DNA of 64,000 nucleotides. Source: Nitrospirota bacterium (GTDB lineage Bacteria > Nitrospirota > Nitrospiria > Nitrospirales > Nitrospiraceae). The stretch spans positions 64,001 through 128,000 of the forward strand of contig CAVPGK010000010.1 in assembly GCA_963703955.1 (NCBI GenBank), in the 5' to 3' direction. Under the pieces are notes generated by a model. It was not told the DNA's origin. It did no database searches and saw only the letters and a program-made list of their open reading frames with translations. Made by a program: the position numbers and the translations under genes. Shown piece by piece: positions 21,533 to 32,600 of the stretch (position 1 is the first letter of the stretch; the number at the start of each line of letters is the position of its first letter).

Positions 21533-23947
21533 TTAGCGTTGCATCGGCGCGACGCCGGCGCCAGCAAAGAACGTTTTCAACCGGTCGAACCAGGCGGCTC
21601 GTTCCTCCGCGCCCTGGAAAAAGCTCATTTGCCCGGTCGCCCGTTGAACCCTCGCAAGGTCGATGAGAAAGTCATACACCGCATTGGCCGCGGCCTCGTT
21701 CGCGGTCACGGCTGCATTCTGTGAATTCAGCAGTTTGATGATATCCACCGCCCCTCGTGAGTATTGATCTTCGACGAGATCCAATGTCTTGCGGGCTGAC
21801 TCGGCGGATTTCTGCGAGAGCCGAATGCTGGGAAACGACGCACCGGTTTGATACAGGGCGCTGCGGACACGCTCCGTCGACGCGTTGCCGTGTCGCGTCG
21901 CGCTCGGTCTGCAGTTGGCGGAGCTCTTCGCGCGATTTCAGCGCGGTGGCCTTTTTATTGCCGCCTTTGAACAAGCGGAAAGGTCAGTGTGATACTCCCC
22001 ACATACGAATTGACATCTGGCCCCGTCGTGACACCGGCAATCGGTCCACCCGGAAGGGCCAGGCCCCCTACTCCTCCTGACTGGCTGGCGTACTGCTGCG
22101 CAGCCGTTCCGAACATGACGAGATCGGGCATGTAATAGGCGCGCTCAGCATTGAGGATGGTGCGCTCGCTTGCTGCGATCAACGCGTCAAGCGCCCGTAT
22201 CTCGGGAGCGGCCTTGATCCCTTCTTCGACTTGGAAGTCCCGAAACACCTGAAACCCCCGTGGATTCTCGACGTACGCAAACAGTTCTCCCCTATCGCCG
22301 AGCACGGCCGGGTCCTCGAGGGTCTGCTCCACCGTGGAAAATGCCTCCTCCAACGGACGGTTGAGCACGCGGTTCAAGACCACTTCCGCCTGCCGAGCTT
22401 GTGCGTCCGCTGACACCACATCCTTTTGCCCGTTGGCGATCTCGGACTCCCAGCGAAAGACTTCGTCTCGCAGGGCATAGCCGGCGAATTCTCGAGCAGT
22501 GGCCAACTCTAAATTGGAGCGCGTCAGCTTCAGATTGTCTTTGTGGATGCGCCGCACCGTCTTTGCGCGAAGCACCCTCAGATAGGCAATCGCGCCAGCT
22601 TGACCAGTGTCCAGCCGCAACTGGTTTCTTTCCTCTTCGCGGGACACTTGCTTCTTCTGTTCGACCCTGTAGCGCGTCCAGATGTCGTCCGAATAGAGAG
22701 TCTGTCGAAATCCACCAAGCAGCGATCGCCGATTGCCCCGGATCAGCACCCGTTCCGAAGGTATCCGGCCCCCGGCCCGCGATGACGCCCGCTGTGCCAA
22801 CGAGAACCTGCGGCAGAAGGTCGGACCGCGCCTGCCCCACCGCTCCGCGTCCCGCCTCTACCTTCCGGTTCGCCGCAGCCAAATCCAGGTTTCCTTCCAT
22901 GGCCTGGCGCACGGCATCAAAGAGCGAGAGGCGGGGGCCGGGCCTGACCGCATCTTCATTCAGCAGATCCGCCTCCGTGAGAACCTGAAAGCTAGGCCAC
23001 TTATCGATCGCCCGGACCGTCGCCATATTGATCGTGAGATGCTCACCCCGTGCAAAGGCGACTTCAATCTGTCCCGCGTCGGTTCCCGACAAGATGCGTT
23101 GAACATTCGCCGCAACGGTCCGCGCCAATTTCCTGACATCGACGTCGGGTGAAAGCGCGACGGCGATCCCCCGATCAACGTCGCGCTGTCCGAGGCTCGA
23201 AAAGCTCGGAAGACGGCGTTCGATCAGACCGGCCGCCAGGCGAGCGAACTCCGGCGATGACACACGCGGCAGCACCGACACGTACACCGCTTCGGTATCT
23301 GGAGGCAGTGCGTTCAGTGCCGTTTCAGCCGAGGCCGCCACGGGAATGATCGTGGCCTCTACGCCGACCTTTTCCGCCATCCGTCGGATGCGGCTTTCGA
23401 GGGATGGGGTGGTCTCCAGCAAGGAGCCATCGATGAGGACGCTGAGACGGGTAAACGGAAAGATTTCCTTGAATGTTGTGAGGTTCCGCTCGGATCCCTT
23501 TAATGACGTCAGATAATGCAAGTTCTTTATGCCGCTGGCTCCCTTTTTCAGCGGCAATCCCTGCAAGTGCGGATCGAGTGCCACCGGAGCGATGACCGGT
23601 TTCGGCAAATCCTTCCGCTGGGACACGTCACTGGTGGCAAGGAAACCAAGCGCGATGACGACATTGATGCGACGATCGCTCAGGACCCGGTCCAACGCCT
23701 GTTTGACGCCCTGTGCCGACCACCCGCCCTGCAGCTGCACATCGTTGGGAAACCGGACGTCAAATTCGCGGCTCGTGACCTCACGGATTTCTTGCTGGAC
23801 CAAGCTCACGAATTCCGGCACCACGTCGGACGAACCGTCCTCTACAATTGCGATTTGGACGACAGGCAGCGGCTTGGTCTCCGCTTCCTGACTCCAGGAC
23901 AGGGCGAGACCTACAGCGATGATGTAAGTCCACGTTTTGAGATGCAT
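21533..23947 (-). CDS. TolC-family outer membrane protein with an N-terminal periplasmic-binding-like domain (frameshifted)
   Basis: Signal peptide plus a ~330 aa alpha/beta domain, then TolC-type helical repeats (LSLFDAVRQAMEGNLDL..., YSRGAVDIIKLLNSQN..QRATG). Confidence 0.8.
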
Positions 23948-24137
23948 AGGCCGTCACTCCTCAACAAGGTTACTTGTCCTTTTCGATACGAATTCCTGCC
24001 TCGCTCGACGCCTACCGCCCTCCGCATGTCTTCGACACGTGATGACCGACGGGCAAACTTGCGGACGAGATGTACCCGCTTCTTGTAGAACGTCCAAGTA
24101 GCTGATATTCACCGGTTCAATCTGGATCGCCCTCAAT

Positions 24138-24383
24138 TTACAAAGGTTGTTTATGACCGAGAATCTCTCGCTCCGCTTCGAGCCAATCGTCGAGCGCATG
24201 GCCTTCTCGGTAGCCCCCCTCTGCGTACAATTCATAGGCGTGCTTGGCGATCAACTGGTGCACATCCGCTGGCGTAATCTCGGGGGCGGAAGCTCCGCTA
24301 TGTTCGCCGGGAGACTTCCTAGTGATGGGCATAGCCGCTGGCTTGTCCTTTTCCTTCTGCTTCCTCAGCACGGTACGGAACAT
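24138..24383 (-). CDS. DUF2934 domain protein
   Basis: IAKHAYELYAEGGYREGHALDDWLEAEREI is the family signature. Confidence 0.85.
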   Translation of the reverse strand: MFRTVLRKQKEKDKPAAMPITRKSPGEHSGASAPEITPADVHQLIAKHAYELYAEGGYREGHALDDWLEAEREILGHKQPL

Positions 24384-24671
24384 GGGGCTTCTCCTTTCTC
24401 TCCACCTACCACCGGCAGAGTGGAATGGAGCTTGAACAGATCCTCTGCAGCTGATAATTGCCGGTGCCTACCACGGAACGTCCTTGTTACACAAAGATAA
24501 TGAGCGGCTTCAGAATCCCATCGGCCTTCGTTCTCATCAGATCAGTCGGGTGAACATAGCCTCGGCTTCTCTTTAGTTGAGCGAAGCGCTGTAGCATGCG
24601 ACAAACATGAGCGAGCGACCCACGCCACAATCCATCCGTGGCGTGGCAACGTTTAGCCGGTCTCCTCCTCA

Positions 24672-24932
24672 TTATCGTTCCGCCCGTTCTTTGCGAATCC
24701 ACTCACGGATGTAGCTGGGACAGTTGGTGATTCGGCCATTGTGGGTTTCGAAACGCACCAGGAATCTGACTGCATCTCGATCAACGAGCTTAACGTCTGT
24801 CAAATTGAGAACCACGGGCTTGCGATAACTTTCCATTACCCTTTTCAGTTCCGGCAGATCGTCGGCCTGGATGCGACCACTCAGAGCAAGCGTCACGAGA
24901 TCTGGACGCTCTGATGTTTCAATCCGAATCAT
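24672..24932 (-). CDS. Small STAS-like protein, copy 1
   Basis: MIRIET...LSGRIQADDLPELKR...VVLNLTDVKLVDRDAVRFL...NCPSYIREWI. Confidence 0.75.
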   Translation of the reverse strand: MIRIETSERPDLVTLALSGRIQADDLPELKRVMESYRKPVVLNLTDVKLVDRDAVRFLVRFETHNGRITNCPSYIREWIRKERAER

Positions 24933-24958
24933 TGGACCATGTAGGTTGCTTGGATTGC

Positions 24959-24973
24959 GCAATGTTAATGCCA
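24959..24973 (-). promoter_or_regulatory. Sigma54 (-24/-12) promoter, copy 1
   Basis: Minus strand reads TGGCAT-TAACA-TTGC (GG-N10-GC), about 27 nt upstream of the STAS-like ATG. Confidence 0.75.
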
Positions 24974-25100
24974 ATCGCAACCGGTGGATACTTCGATGAC
25001 TATGAGAGCCGATAGTGATGAAGAACTCGCAAATTTACGACTTTCGTGAAAAGTGATTTGCTTCTTAGGAACTGTGTCGCATGCGAAGAACATACGAACA

Positions 25101-25232
25101 TCATTCTGAGGTCCTTCGGCAATACTCAGGACAGGCTCCTGCGAAGAATCCGCGGAGCGTTCTCAGTGCAGCGAAGAATCTCAGTTCCTTCCCTACGTTC
25201 AGGACTAGTCTTCGCTGCGGCTCAGGATGACA
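25101..25232. repeat. REP/MITE-like nested palindromic element
   Basis: Outer arms TCATTCTGAG...CTCAGGATGA (1 mismatch); inner perfect arms GCAGCGAAGA (25168-77) / TCTTCGCTGC (25209-18); direct repeat GCGAAGAATC at 25141 and 25171. Confidence 0.65.
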
Positions 25233-25306
25233 AATGCGAATGTTAGCGGTGGAAGAATGCACCCGACTTCCGCAGCTCGCATAATGAGAGCCTCGGAATT
25301 GGGATA

Positions 25307-25835
25307 CTAAGACACGCGCCCGGCGATCCGATCCATCTCCTCCATCACGTAGCCATAGGACAAGCCGTGAAACCCATAACGTTGAACCTGTGGAATCGCG
25401 GGATCGCGGTCCGTACAGGCGTCGATAAGTGAAATCTCCAGCGGCAAATGGTCTGGATCCAATGGACAGAGGGCGCGAAGCACGTCGATGAGTTCGGCGG
25501 AAATCCAGTGAGGCTGGCGGTACCGTACGCCTCCATGCACGATGCGATGTCCGATCGCCGCCACGACCTTCAAACCGACCTTCTCTTCGAGAAAGTCCAG
25601 GACCGGCCCCACGCAGCCAGAGGGCTCTGAGGCGTTCAGGACGACCGAGTGGGATTGCCCGAGTCATCGCGCTCGTTGCCGTCAATGTTGTCCCCGGCAG
25701 GCCGATCCGCTCGACCTTTCCTGAGAGGATCCGGCGTAGCCGCCGGCTCATCGCAAACAGCCCAAACTTGATACTCGATGAGCCGCCGTTCATCGTGATG
25801 ATGTACGGCTTGCGCGTATCGGGATTCGTTCTCAT
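25307..25835 (-). pseudogene. ackA: Second acetate kinase, degraded (frameshift, internal deletion, 3' truncation)
   Basis: ITMNGGSSSIKF and GHRIVHGG, then PQV joined directly to QRYGFHGLSY (FDTAFH block missing); stops shortly after. Confidence 0.85.
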
Positions 25836-25861
25836 GTCTTCGCTTTCTAGCTCTTCACGGT

Positions 25862-26155
25862 CTATACAGCGAGTCGCTTCCTCGGCCTCGCGAGGCTCAC
25901 CAGATATTCCCCTCGGCCAATGACCCGCAGGGTGATCGCGCCGGCTCGGCTGAGCCGATCTACGGCGAGGAACAGCTGCGCCCAGCTGGCCGACGGAACC
26001 GAGGCCCCCAGGTCATCCAAAGTCTGCGGGCCGTTCCGTTCAAGAATCGCCAGCAACCATTCGTGTCGCCCCGGTTGCTTGGCAGAGTCCATCTCATCAT
26101 CGGGATCGATCGCCGCAAGAGCTGTGATCGGTTCATCTTTCGCCATCGTCGTCAT
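25862..26155 (-). CDS. Small hypothetical protein, winged-helix-like
   Basis: 97 aa; ILERNGPQTLDDL...WAQLFLAVDRLSRAGAITL; RBS AGAAAGG. Confidence 0.6.
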   Translation of the reverse strand: MTTMAKDEPITALAAIDPDDEMDSAKQPGRHEWLLAILERNGPQTLDDLGASVPSASWAQLFLAVDRLSRAGAITLRVIGRGEYLVSLARPRKRLAV

Positions 26156-26221
26156 GCCTTTCTTGTTCCGTGATCTACCAGCTTTGGCGTGCGAAGACGC
26201 CTGTACCGAGGGTCGTTTACT

Positions 26222-26455
26222 TCAGCGCTTCAGGCGGCTCACGTCTCCAAAACGCTCGCGGAAGGCCGCGCGGGTCATGGCCACGCTTGAGGTATATCGC
26301 ATCACCGCTTCATCGTTGCCAACATCCGCCTCTGACAGCCGAACCATATAGCGGCGTGCGATTTCATACGAGCAGGACCAGGTATCGACCAGGCGAACCC
26401 TGGTGCGGCCGGTGACCGGGTCCAACATCGAGCTGAATGGGATGGGCAGGAACTC
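26222..26455 (-). pseudogene. C-terminal remnant of a PPi-type 6-phosphofructokinase
   Basis: EFLPIPFSSMLDPVTGRTRVRLVD...YEIARRYMVRL...FRERF, recognised from memory as the C-terminus of this PFK subfamily; no N-terminus present. Confidence 0.62.
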
Positions 26456-26610
26456 ACGCCGAATTTCTTACCGCGTCCGCTCGCACCCATGGGACACCTT
26501 CTTTGCGTGACACCATTAATATGCGCTTCGACAATGCCTCTTCCTTCTCTGCTCCGCGCAGTGCCCTAAAGAGTTTTGACCGGATATGGTCCGTGGAATC
26601 TGTTCACAAC

Positions 26611-28707
26611 TTAATCTGATGCATGCTTCCACGACATCGCCGCTCGCGCACGAAAGAGATCGGCGTAGATGTCACGATACGATAAGCCGTCCACGCGTTC
26701 GGCCTGGACACTCACCCGGCCCCACCGCCCAGGGATGTTATCGATTCTGAGCGAGGTGATCCACTGAGGGAGGGCCGGTGCGGACGTGAGTGTGTCGCCG
26801 AGCGGCTCGAGGCCGAGCAGGACACGGAAGGCCAGGAGCGGAGTTCCTGACGCCCAGGCCTGTGGGCTGCAGGCGGTGGGGTATTCGACCGGGAAGACCG
26901 TATGGTCGCGGCCGTAGCCGGCAAACACTTCAGGCAGCCGATTCTGGAAAAAGTAGGACGCCTGCAGGATCGCCAGCGCAACCCGGCTTGCCGCCTCGCG
27001 CTGTCCGTACCGGGCGAGCCCCGCCGCCAGGATGGAGCAGTCGTGGGGCCACACCGTGCCGATGTGGTACCCGATGGGGTTGTAGGCCGCCTCACTTTGT
27101 GCCATCGTCCGCACGCCCCACCCTGAGAACAGATCGGGTCCGGTCAGATGGCGAACGACAGGGGCCGCTTTGTCCTCATCCACGATGCCGCTCCAGAGCA
27201 GATGCCCCATGTTCGACGTCAGCGTGTCCACTTGTCGCTTCGCTCCATCAAGGGCGAGCGCAAAGCACTCCCGATCGGCAACCCAGAAGTCGCGATTAAA
27301 GCGGCTTTTTAGAAGGGCCGCTTCGCGCATGAGTCGGTCGGCCAACGCGGGGTCCCCCCAGATCTCTCGTGCGAGTCTGCTGCAACGCCTCTTGGCGTCG
27401 TACACATAACCCTGGATCTCGCACGTGGCCCGCGGCGTTGGGGCAAGTCGCCCATCGGGATAGACGATCGAGTTCCAGGAGTCCTTCCAGCACTGGTTTT
27501 CAAGACCCGCCTCGGTCTTCCGTTCGTACTCGATATAGCCGTCTCCATCGGAGTCGCCGAACCGGTCGATCCAGTCAAAGGCTGCCCGAGCCGATCCTTC
27601 CAGCTCGCCGACGAGCGCAGTATCTCCCGTCCAGCGCTCGTACTCATCGAGCAGAACCAGAAACAACGGCGTCGCGTCGGCGGTCCCATAATAGGGACCG
27701 TGCGGCCTTTCGCCAAATGCGGTGAGCTCGCCGAAACGCAGCTCGTGAAGGATTTTTCCGGGTTCCTCTTCCCGGTAGTGATCGACCTCCCTGCCCTGCC
27801 GTGCCGCGAGCATGCGGAGCGTGGTCGCGGCCAGCTCGGGGACGAACGGCAACGCCTGGTAGCTGGTGATCAAGCTGTCCCGGCCGAACAGCGCCATGAA
27901 CCAAGGCAGGCCGGCGGCGGGCAGTAATGCTTCCTCGAGGATTCCCGGGTTGAAACGCAGACTGGCGAGATCGACCATGCTGCGCTCATATGTTTGGCGC
28001 AGCAAATCCGGATAGGCCGACACGCTCGGAGTATTCTCTACCCACTGCTGCAGGCTCCGGCGCGGGTTTCGATACGGGGCCGTAGGACTACGGTGCGTCG
28101 GCCGCTGAACCTCTTCACCTATCGCCGGTTGGACGGTCAGGTATGTAGTCCATTCCGATCTCGCACCGAGCTGAACCTTGAATGAGAGACCCTGCGCGTC
28201 TACCTCGAAGGGCTCGCTGGAGCTGATCGACGTTTCGCGGACAAAGTCGGCGCGCCGATAGCCAAGGACGAGGTTGCCTTCACGGATCTCGCGATAGTAC
28301 TCGCCCTTCTTCGTGAGGACCTCCTTCACCTCGAACAGATCGGCGAAGTCCGCCCCCGCCTCAAAACGCACGATCAGCGCCGTAGGGTCCGCGCCGTGGT
28401 TCATCAGAGTCACCTGTTCGACAAAGCCCTCCTCGATGGAACGCTTCCGCATGACGGAAAGAGTGCCATCTTCCCCGATGCGACCTGTTGGCAGCCTGAG
28501 GAAGAATTGAACGAAATAATACTCGAGCGTGTCGGCAGAGAGGGCCTCCGGGGCGACATCATTGACCGTGAGGACCCAGTGTGACAGATGCCGAGTATCC
28601 TTGTAGAAAAACCCGCTCGGCTCGGCGGGCGACGCGTCGATGTCACCGGCGCGGTTCGAGACTACGAACGTCGATCCAGCCAAAACGCTGATCGAGTCGG
28701 CTGACAT
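26611..28707 (-). CDS. Amylo-alpha-1,6-glucosidase / glycogen debranching enzyme (GDE N-terminal domain + catalytic domain)
   Basis: DTRHLS, AGLPWFMALFGRDS, EEPGKILHE, YYGTADAT, NQCWKDS, YHIGTVWPHD and CSPQAW motifs. Likely start ATG 28707; the ORF extends in frame to 28881. Confidence 0.92.
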   Translation of the reverse strand: MSADSISVLAGSTFVVSNRAGDIDASPAEPSGFFYKDTRHLSHWVLTVNDVAPEALSADTLEYYFVQFFLRLPTGRIGEDGTLSVMRKRSIEEGFVEQVTLMNHGADPTALIVRFEAGADFADLFEVKEVLTKKGEYYREIREGNLVLGYRRADFVRETSISSSEPFEVDAQGLSFKVQLGARSEWTTYLTVQPAIGEEVQRPTHRSPTAPYRNPRRSLQQWVENTPSVSAYPDLLRQTYERSMVDLASLRFNPGILEEALLPAAGLPWFMALFGRDSLITSYQALPFVPELAATTLRMLAARQGREVDHYREEEPGKILHELRFGELTAFGERPHGPYYGTADATPLFLVLLDEYERWTGDTALVGELEGSARAAFDWIDRFGDSDGDGYIEYERKTEAGLENQCWKDSWNSIVYPDGRLAPTPRATCEIQGYVYDAKRRCSRLAREIWGDPALADRLMREAALLKSRFNRDFWVADRECFALALDGAKRQVDTLTSNMGHLLWSGIVDEDKAAPVVRHLTGPDLFSGWGVRTMAQSEAAYNPIGYHIGTVWPHDCSILAAGLARYGQREAASRVALAILQASYFFQNRLPEVFAGYGRDHTVFPVEYPTACSPQAWASGTPLLAFRVLLGLEPLGDTLTSAPALPQWITSLRIDNIPGRWGRVSVQAERVDGLSYRDIYADLFRARAAMSWKHASD

Positions 28708-28902
28708 ACTGGAACCCTTCCGGCGTCTGTGTTCATCGTTCTGACAAGTGCTTGCCCTCCGGCTCAACGGGACGGCAGGCATCGTCCCTGCAACATGACC
28801 GCCTCCGTCGTATTCCTCTAAGATCGCGCCAACTATGCCAAGCGCAGTCAGCTTGAGGAGGGTCCGGCGAAGGAACTTCATTCTTCTTGCACCAGCGCCA
28901 CG

Positions 28903-29262
28903 CTACTTCGGGCTCACGGGTTGTCCAACGACCGGGCCGACAGGCTGAGAAGGCGCCCCTTCAGGCGACCACCCTCCTCCTAACGCCTTGTAGAGCTGCA
29001 CCATCATCGTGAGCTGCGCCCGGCGTGTGTCCGCGAGCGACAGTTCCGCAGAAAACAGACTGCGCTGCGCCGTCAGCAGGTCAAGATAACTGGCCCGCCC
29101 GCCCTGATAACGCTGCATCGCGAAGCCCAGCGCCGACTGCAACACCGCCATTCTCCAGGTCTTGGAACGCCGACAGGATGGTGCGCTGATAGGCCGCCAG
29201 CGCCTGCCGCATCTGGGCTTCGTTGGCTTTCACCTGAGATCCGACGGGAGACCCGGCGGGAC
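28903..29262 (-). pseudogene. C-terminal remnant of a NodT/OprM-type efflux outer membrane lipoprotein
   Basis: QALAAYQRTILSAFQDLEN, then after a deletion/frameshift RYQGGRASYLDLLTAQRSLF...VQLYKALGGGW. Confidence 0.82.
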
Positions 29263-29452
29263 CTGTTTCGAAATTCGCCAGAAATGTGACTACCTCGCGA
29301 TGGACCAGCGTGACTCCTTTCAAATCGAGAATCACAGGAGGCTTGTGACTTTCGATTAACCTTTTTAGCTCCGGCAAATCGCTTGCTTCTATCCGGCCAA
29401 TCACAGCGAAGATCACTCGATCCCGACGCACCGATGTTTCAATCCGAATCAT
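29263..29452 (-). pseudogene. Small STAS-like protein, copy 2, truncated and fused to the efflux remnant
   Basis: MIRIETSVRRDRV..GRIEASDLPELKRLIESHKPPVILDLKGVTLVHREVVTFLANFET parallels copy 1 and diverges after FET. Confidence 0.75.
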
Positions 29453-29480
29453 TTAGACCATCTCTCGTTGCTTGCATTGC

Positions 29481-29495
29481 GCAATGTTCATGCCG
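29481..29495 (-). promoter_or_regulatory. Sigma54 (-24/-12) promoter, copy 2
   Basis: Minus strand CGGCAT-GAACA-TTGC; same position relative to the STAS-like ATG as copy 1. Confidence 0.72.
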
Positions 29496-29548
29496 ATCGC
29501 AACCGTGGATACTTTCGATGACTATGAGGGCCGATGGTGATGAAGAAG

Positions 29549-29562
29549 TCGTAAATTTACGA
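29549..29562. promoter_or_regulatory. Candidate upstream activator site (perfect palindrome)
   Basis: TCGTAAATTTACGA, about 55-70 nt upstream of the -24 box. The cognate site in copy 1 is TCGCAAATTTACGA. Confidence 0.5.
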
Positions 29563-29677
29563 GTTTCGTGAAAAATGTTCTGCTCTTTGGCTGGAGAGTG
29601 AAACGCAACCGTGGGTGGACAAGCCTGAGGAAGGTCTAGGGATGGGATCGAAGGGCTTGGAAGAATCTGGAGCGGAA

Positions 29678-32600
29678 CTAGTCGAGGGCTTTGAAGCGAT
29701 GCTTATTAATCTTCAACGATCGGATTCTTGATTCCAAAGTCGTTGAGGGAATGCCGAGTTTCCTTGCGGCACCGGAAGGTCCCGATACTCGCCCTCTGCT
29801 TTGAGCGAGGGCGGCCTCGATTGTCTCTTTCTCCCGATCCGGCGGCAGTTTGGAAAGCGTCCCCGTTGCCGGTTCCTCCGTGCCGGACTCTGTGGACAAC
29901 CAACTCTCTTCAATCCAGAGAACATCGCCTTCAGAAACAATGACCGCCCGTTCAATGACGTTCTGTAGTTCGCGAATATTGCCCGGCCATAAATACAACT
30001 GAAGTAAGTCCAACGACTGCTGGTTCATGCCCCGGATCTTTTTGCCCATCTTGCTGGCATAACGATCGATGAAGTACTGCACCAGCATGGGAAGATCGTC
30101 TTTGCGTTCGCGCAGAGGACGGATCTCGATGGGAAAGACCTGAAGCCGATAGTAGAGATCGTTCCGAAACGTCTCATTCATTATGGCGGCCTTCAAGTCA
30201 CGATTGGTGGCCGCAATCACCCGAACATCCGCGCGAATCGTTTTCGTTCCACCGACACGCTCAAATTCCCGCTCCTGCAGAACGCGCAACAGCGTGCTCT
30301 GCGTTTCGGGCGGCAGCTCGCCGACTTCATCGAAAAAAATCGTCCCTCCTTCGGCGAGTTCAAATCGCCCGATACGCCGTTGCAGGGCGCCCGTAAATGC
30401 TCCCTTCTCATGTCCGAATAATTCCGAGCCGATCAGTGTGGATGGGATCGCCGCGCAGTTCACGGTAACAAACGCTTTTGCGGCGCGCTGTGAGCGTTTG
30501 TGGATGGCACGAGCGATGAGCTCCTTTCCGGTCCCGGTCTCTCCCATGAGGAGCACTGTGGCATCTGTCGGCGCGACTTGCGACACCCGAGAAAGCACCT
30601 CTTTCAGGGCAGAGGAAGAGCCGACGATCTCCTCGAACATCGAGGCTCTGTCGATTTCTTCGCGCAGCGCGACGTTTTCTTTTTGAACCCGCTCTTCGGC
30701 TCGCTTGCGATCGTCAATGTCGGTCGCGGTTGCGTATCGCCGGATGATCTTTCCAGCTTCATCGCGGAGCGGGTTGGAACGAATCAAAAACCACCGGTAC
30801 TCGCCGTCCTTCCGTCGTAACCGCAGTTCTCCTTCCCATGCGGCACCACGCGCGACGGCACGCTCGCGCTCTTGTAACACGCCACTCGCCACATCATCTG
30901 GATGAACAAACCTCGCATAGAAATCATTCGCCCGAATGGCCTCCAAGCTTGTCCCGAAGTAGTCCCGCATCGCCTGATTCTCGTATTGGCGAGTGCCATG
31001 AGCATCCATGACCAGAACGTGCTTCGGAACAAAGTTGATCAATTGCCGAAGCTCGGCTTCGTCCTGTTTGAGTTTCTGTTCCGCAATCTTTGCCGCTGTG
31101 ACATCTCTCACCGCCCCGATGAATTCGACATGTCCGGAATCATCGCTACGTCGGTGGGCCACGACATGCAGATATTTGATTCTTTGGTCCGGCATCAGTA
31201 ATCGATGTTCTGTACCGAAATTGCTTCCGTCCTGGGCTGCCCCTTCGATCACCTTCCGGACAAAAGCTCTGTCCTCCGGATGGACCCGCTGGATTACGAG
31301 TTCTACCGTCGGTTGCGTTTCAGGGCCGTATTCAAAAATCCGGAACGTTTCCTCAGACCAGAAGATTTCCCCGGTGGACACAACCCAGCCGAAACTGCCG
31401 GTGTGACTCAAGCTCTGGGCTTCCGCCAGGTAAGCTTCACTCTTGGCGTGGTCGTGATAAAGAAGGCTGTTCTCGAGTGACATGGCCGCTTGCGACGCCA
31501 GCACATTCAAGACTTTCAACCGAGCTGATGTAAACATCCGCTCGGCCAGGTTGTTCTCCAGATAGAGGAGCCCAATCAGAGCACGCTGTTTAATCAGAGG
31601 CAGGCAGAGGACTGAACGTGTACGCTTCGCACGGAAATAGTCGTCCACTGAAAAGGGATTCTGCGCCGAAGCATCCTCTATAATCACACTCTCGTATGTG
31701 CGCGCCACATAGTGGATAACTGACTCGGGAAGTTCAGCCGCCGAGACGGGTGTCTCGCGGAGACTCACCATCACGGACGTCCCGCTGGTATTCGCTTCCG
31801 CCCGGATTGACAGTTCGCCACGGTGCGTCAAAATCAGCAGCCCCCGTTCCGCGCTCGCCTGCTCGATGGCCGTCCGCAGCAGCGTCTCGACGAGCTTTTC
31901 CAGCACGATCTCACCTGAGACAGCTTGCGACACCTTGACGACGGTCGCCAGATCCAGATCTTCAACGGGCGCTCCAATCGTACCGATCGGGTTGGGCACT
32001 GGCGCGTTCTCCCCCGGAGGTGCGGATAGAGCCTATCGAGTTGCCGCACCTTCCCGTCGGCTCCCCAGCGAACATAGCGGTCGCGGGCCTTTCGCAGATA
32101 TATCTCCGAGATCTGCTCAAACCCACGTGCCGCGTAGAACCGCGCCGCCAGTTCGTAGGCGAGCGCCTCGTTCTGCACAAACCCGTTTGCCTGTGCCGAG
32201 CGGATGGCCTGTTCGTAAAGGTCCATAGCATCGAGCGCCCGGTCTTCGAGGCGAGCGATCTCCGCCTGGAGCAGTGCAGCGCGGTTCGCGAAGTTTTCCG
32301 GGCAATGCTGCGCCCACGCCTCGAGCTGCCGATAGTGTGCGGCCAGCGCTTCGACGTGTTTCTGCCGTTCGCCGGGGGCGGCAAGGTCGAACGATGCTGC
32401 ATGGGAAAGCCCGGCATAAAAATGGTATTCAGCCGTCTCGAACTGTGACAGTGAAGTCCACAGCAGCCGTTCTGCTCTGGAGGCGGAGTCGAGTGCGATT
32501 GCATAGTCGCCGGCAAAAAAGCGCGCCTGCAGTTTGCGAATCCAGTACCAGCATTCTGCGAACGCCCAATCCCGGTTCGCGGCAAACCGCTGCTCGATTC

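Noticed and set aside
25101..25306. C-terminal part of ORF 25101-25835 as protein
   Set aside because: Out-of-frame read-through of the ackA remnant into the palindromic repeat.
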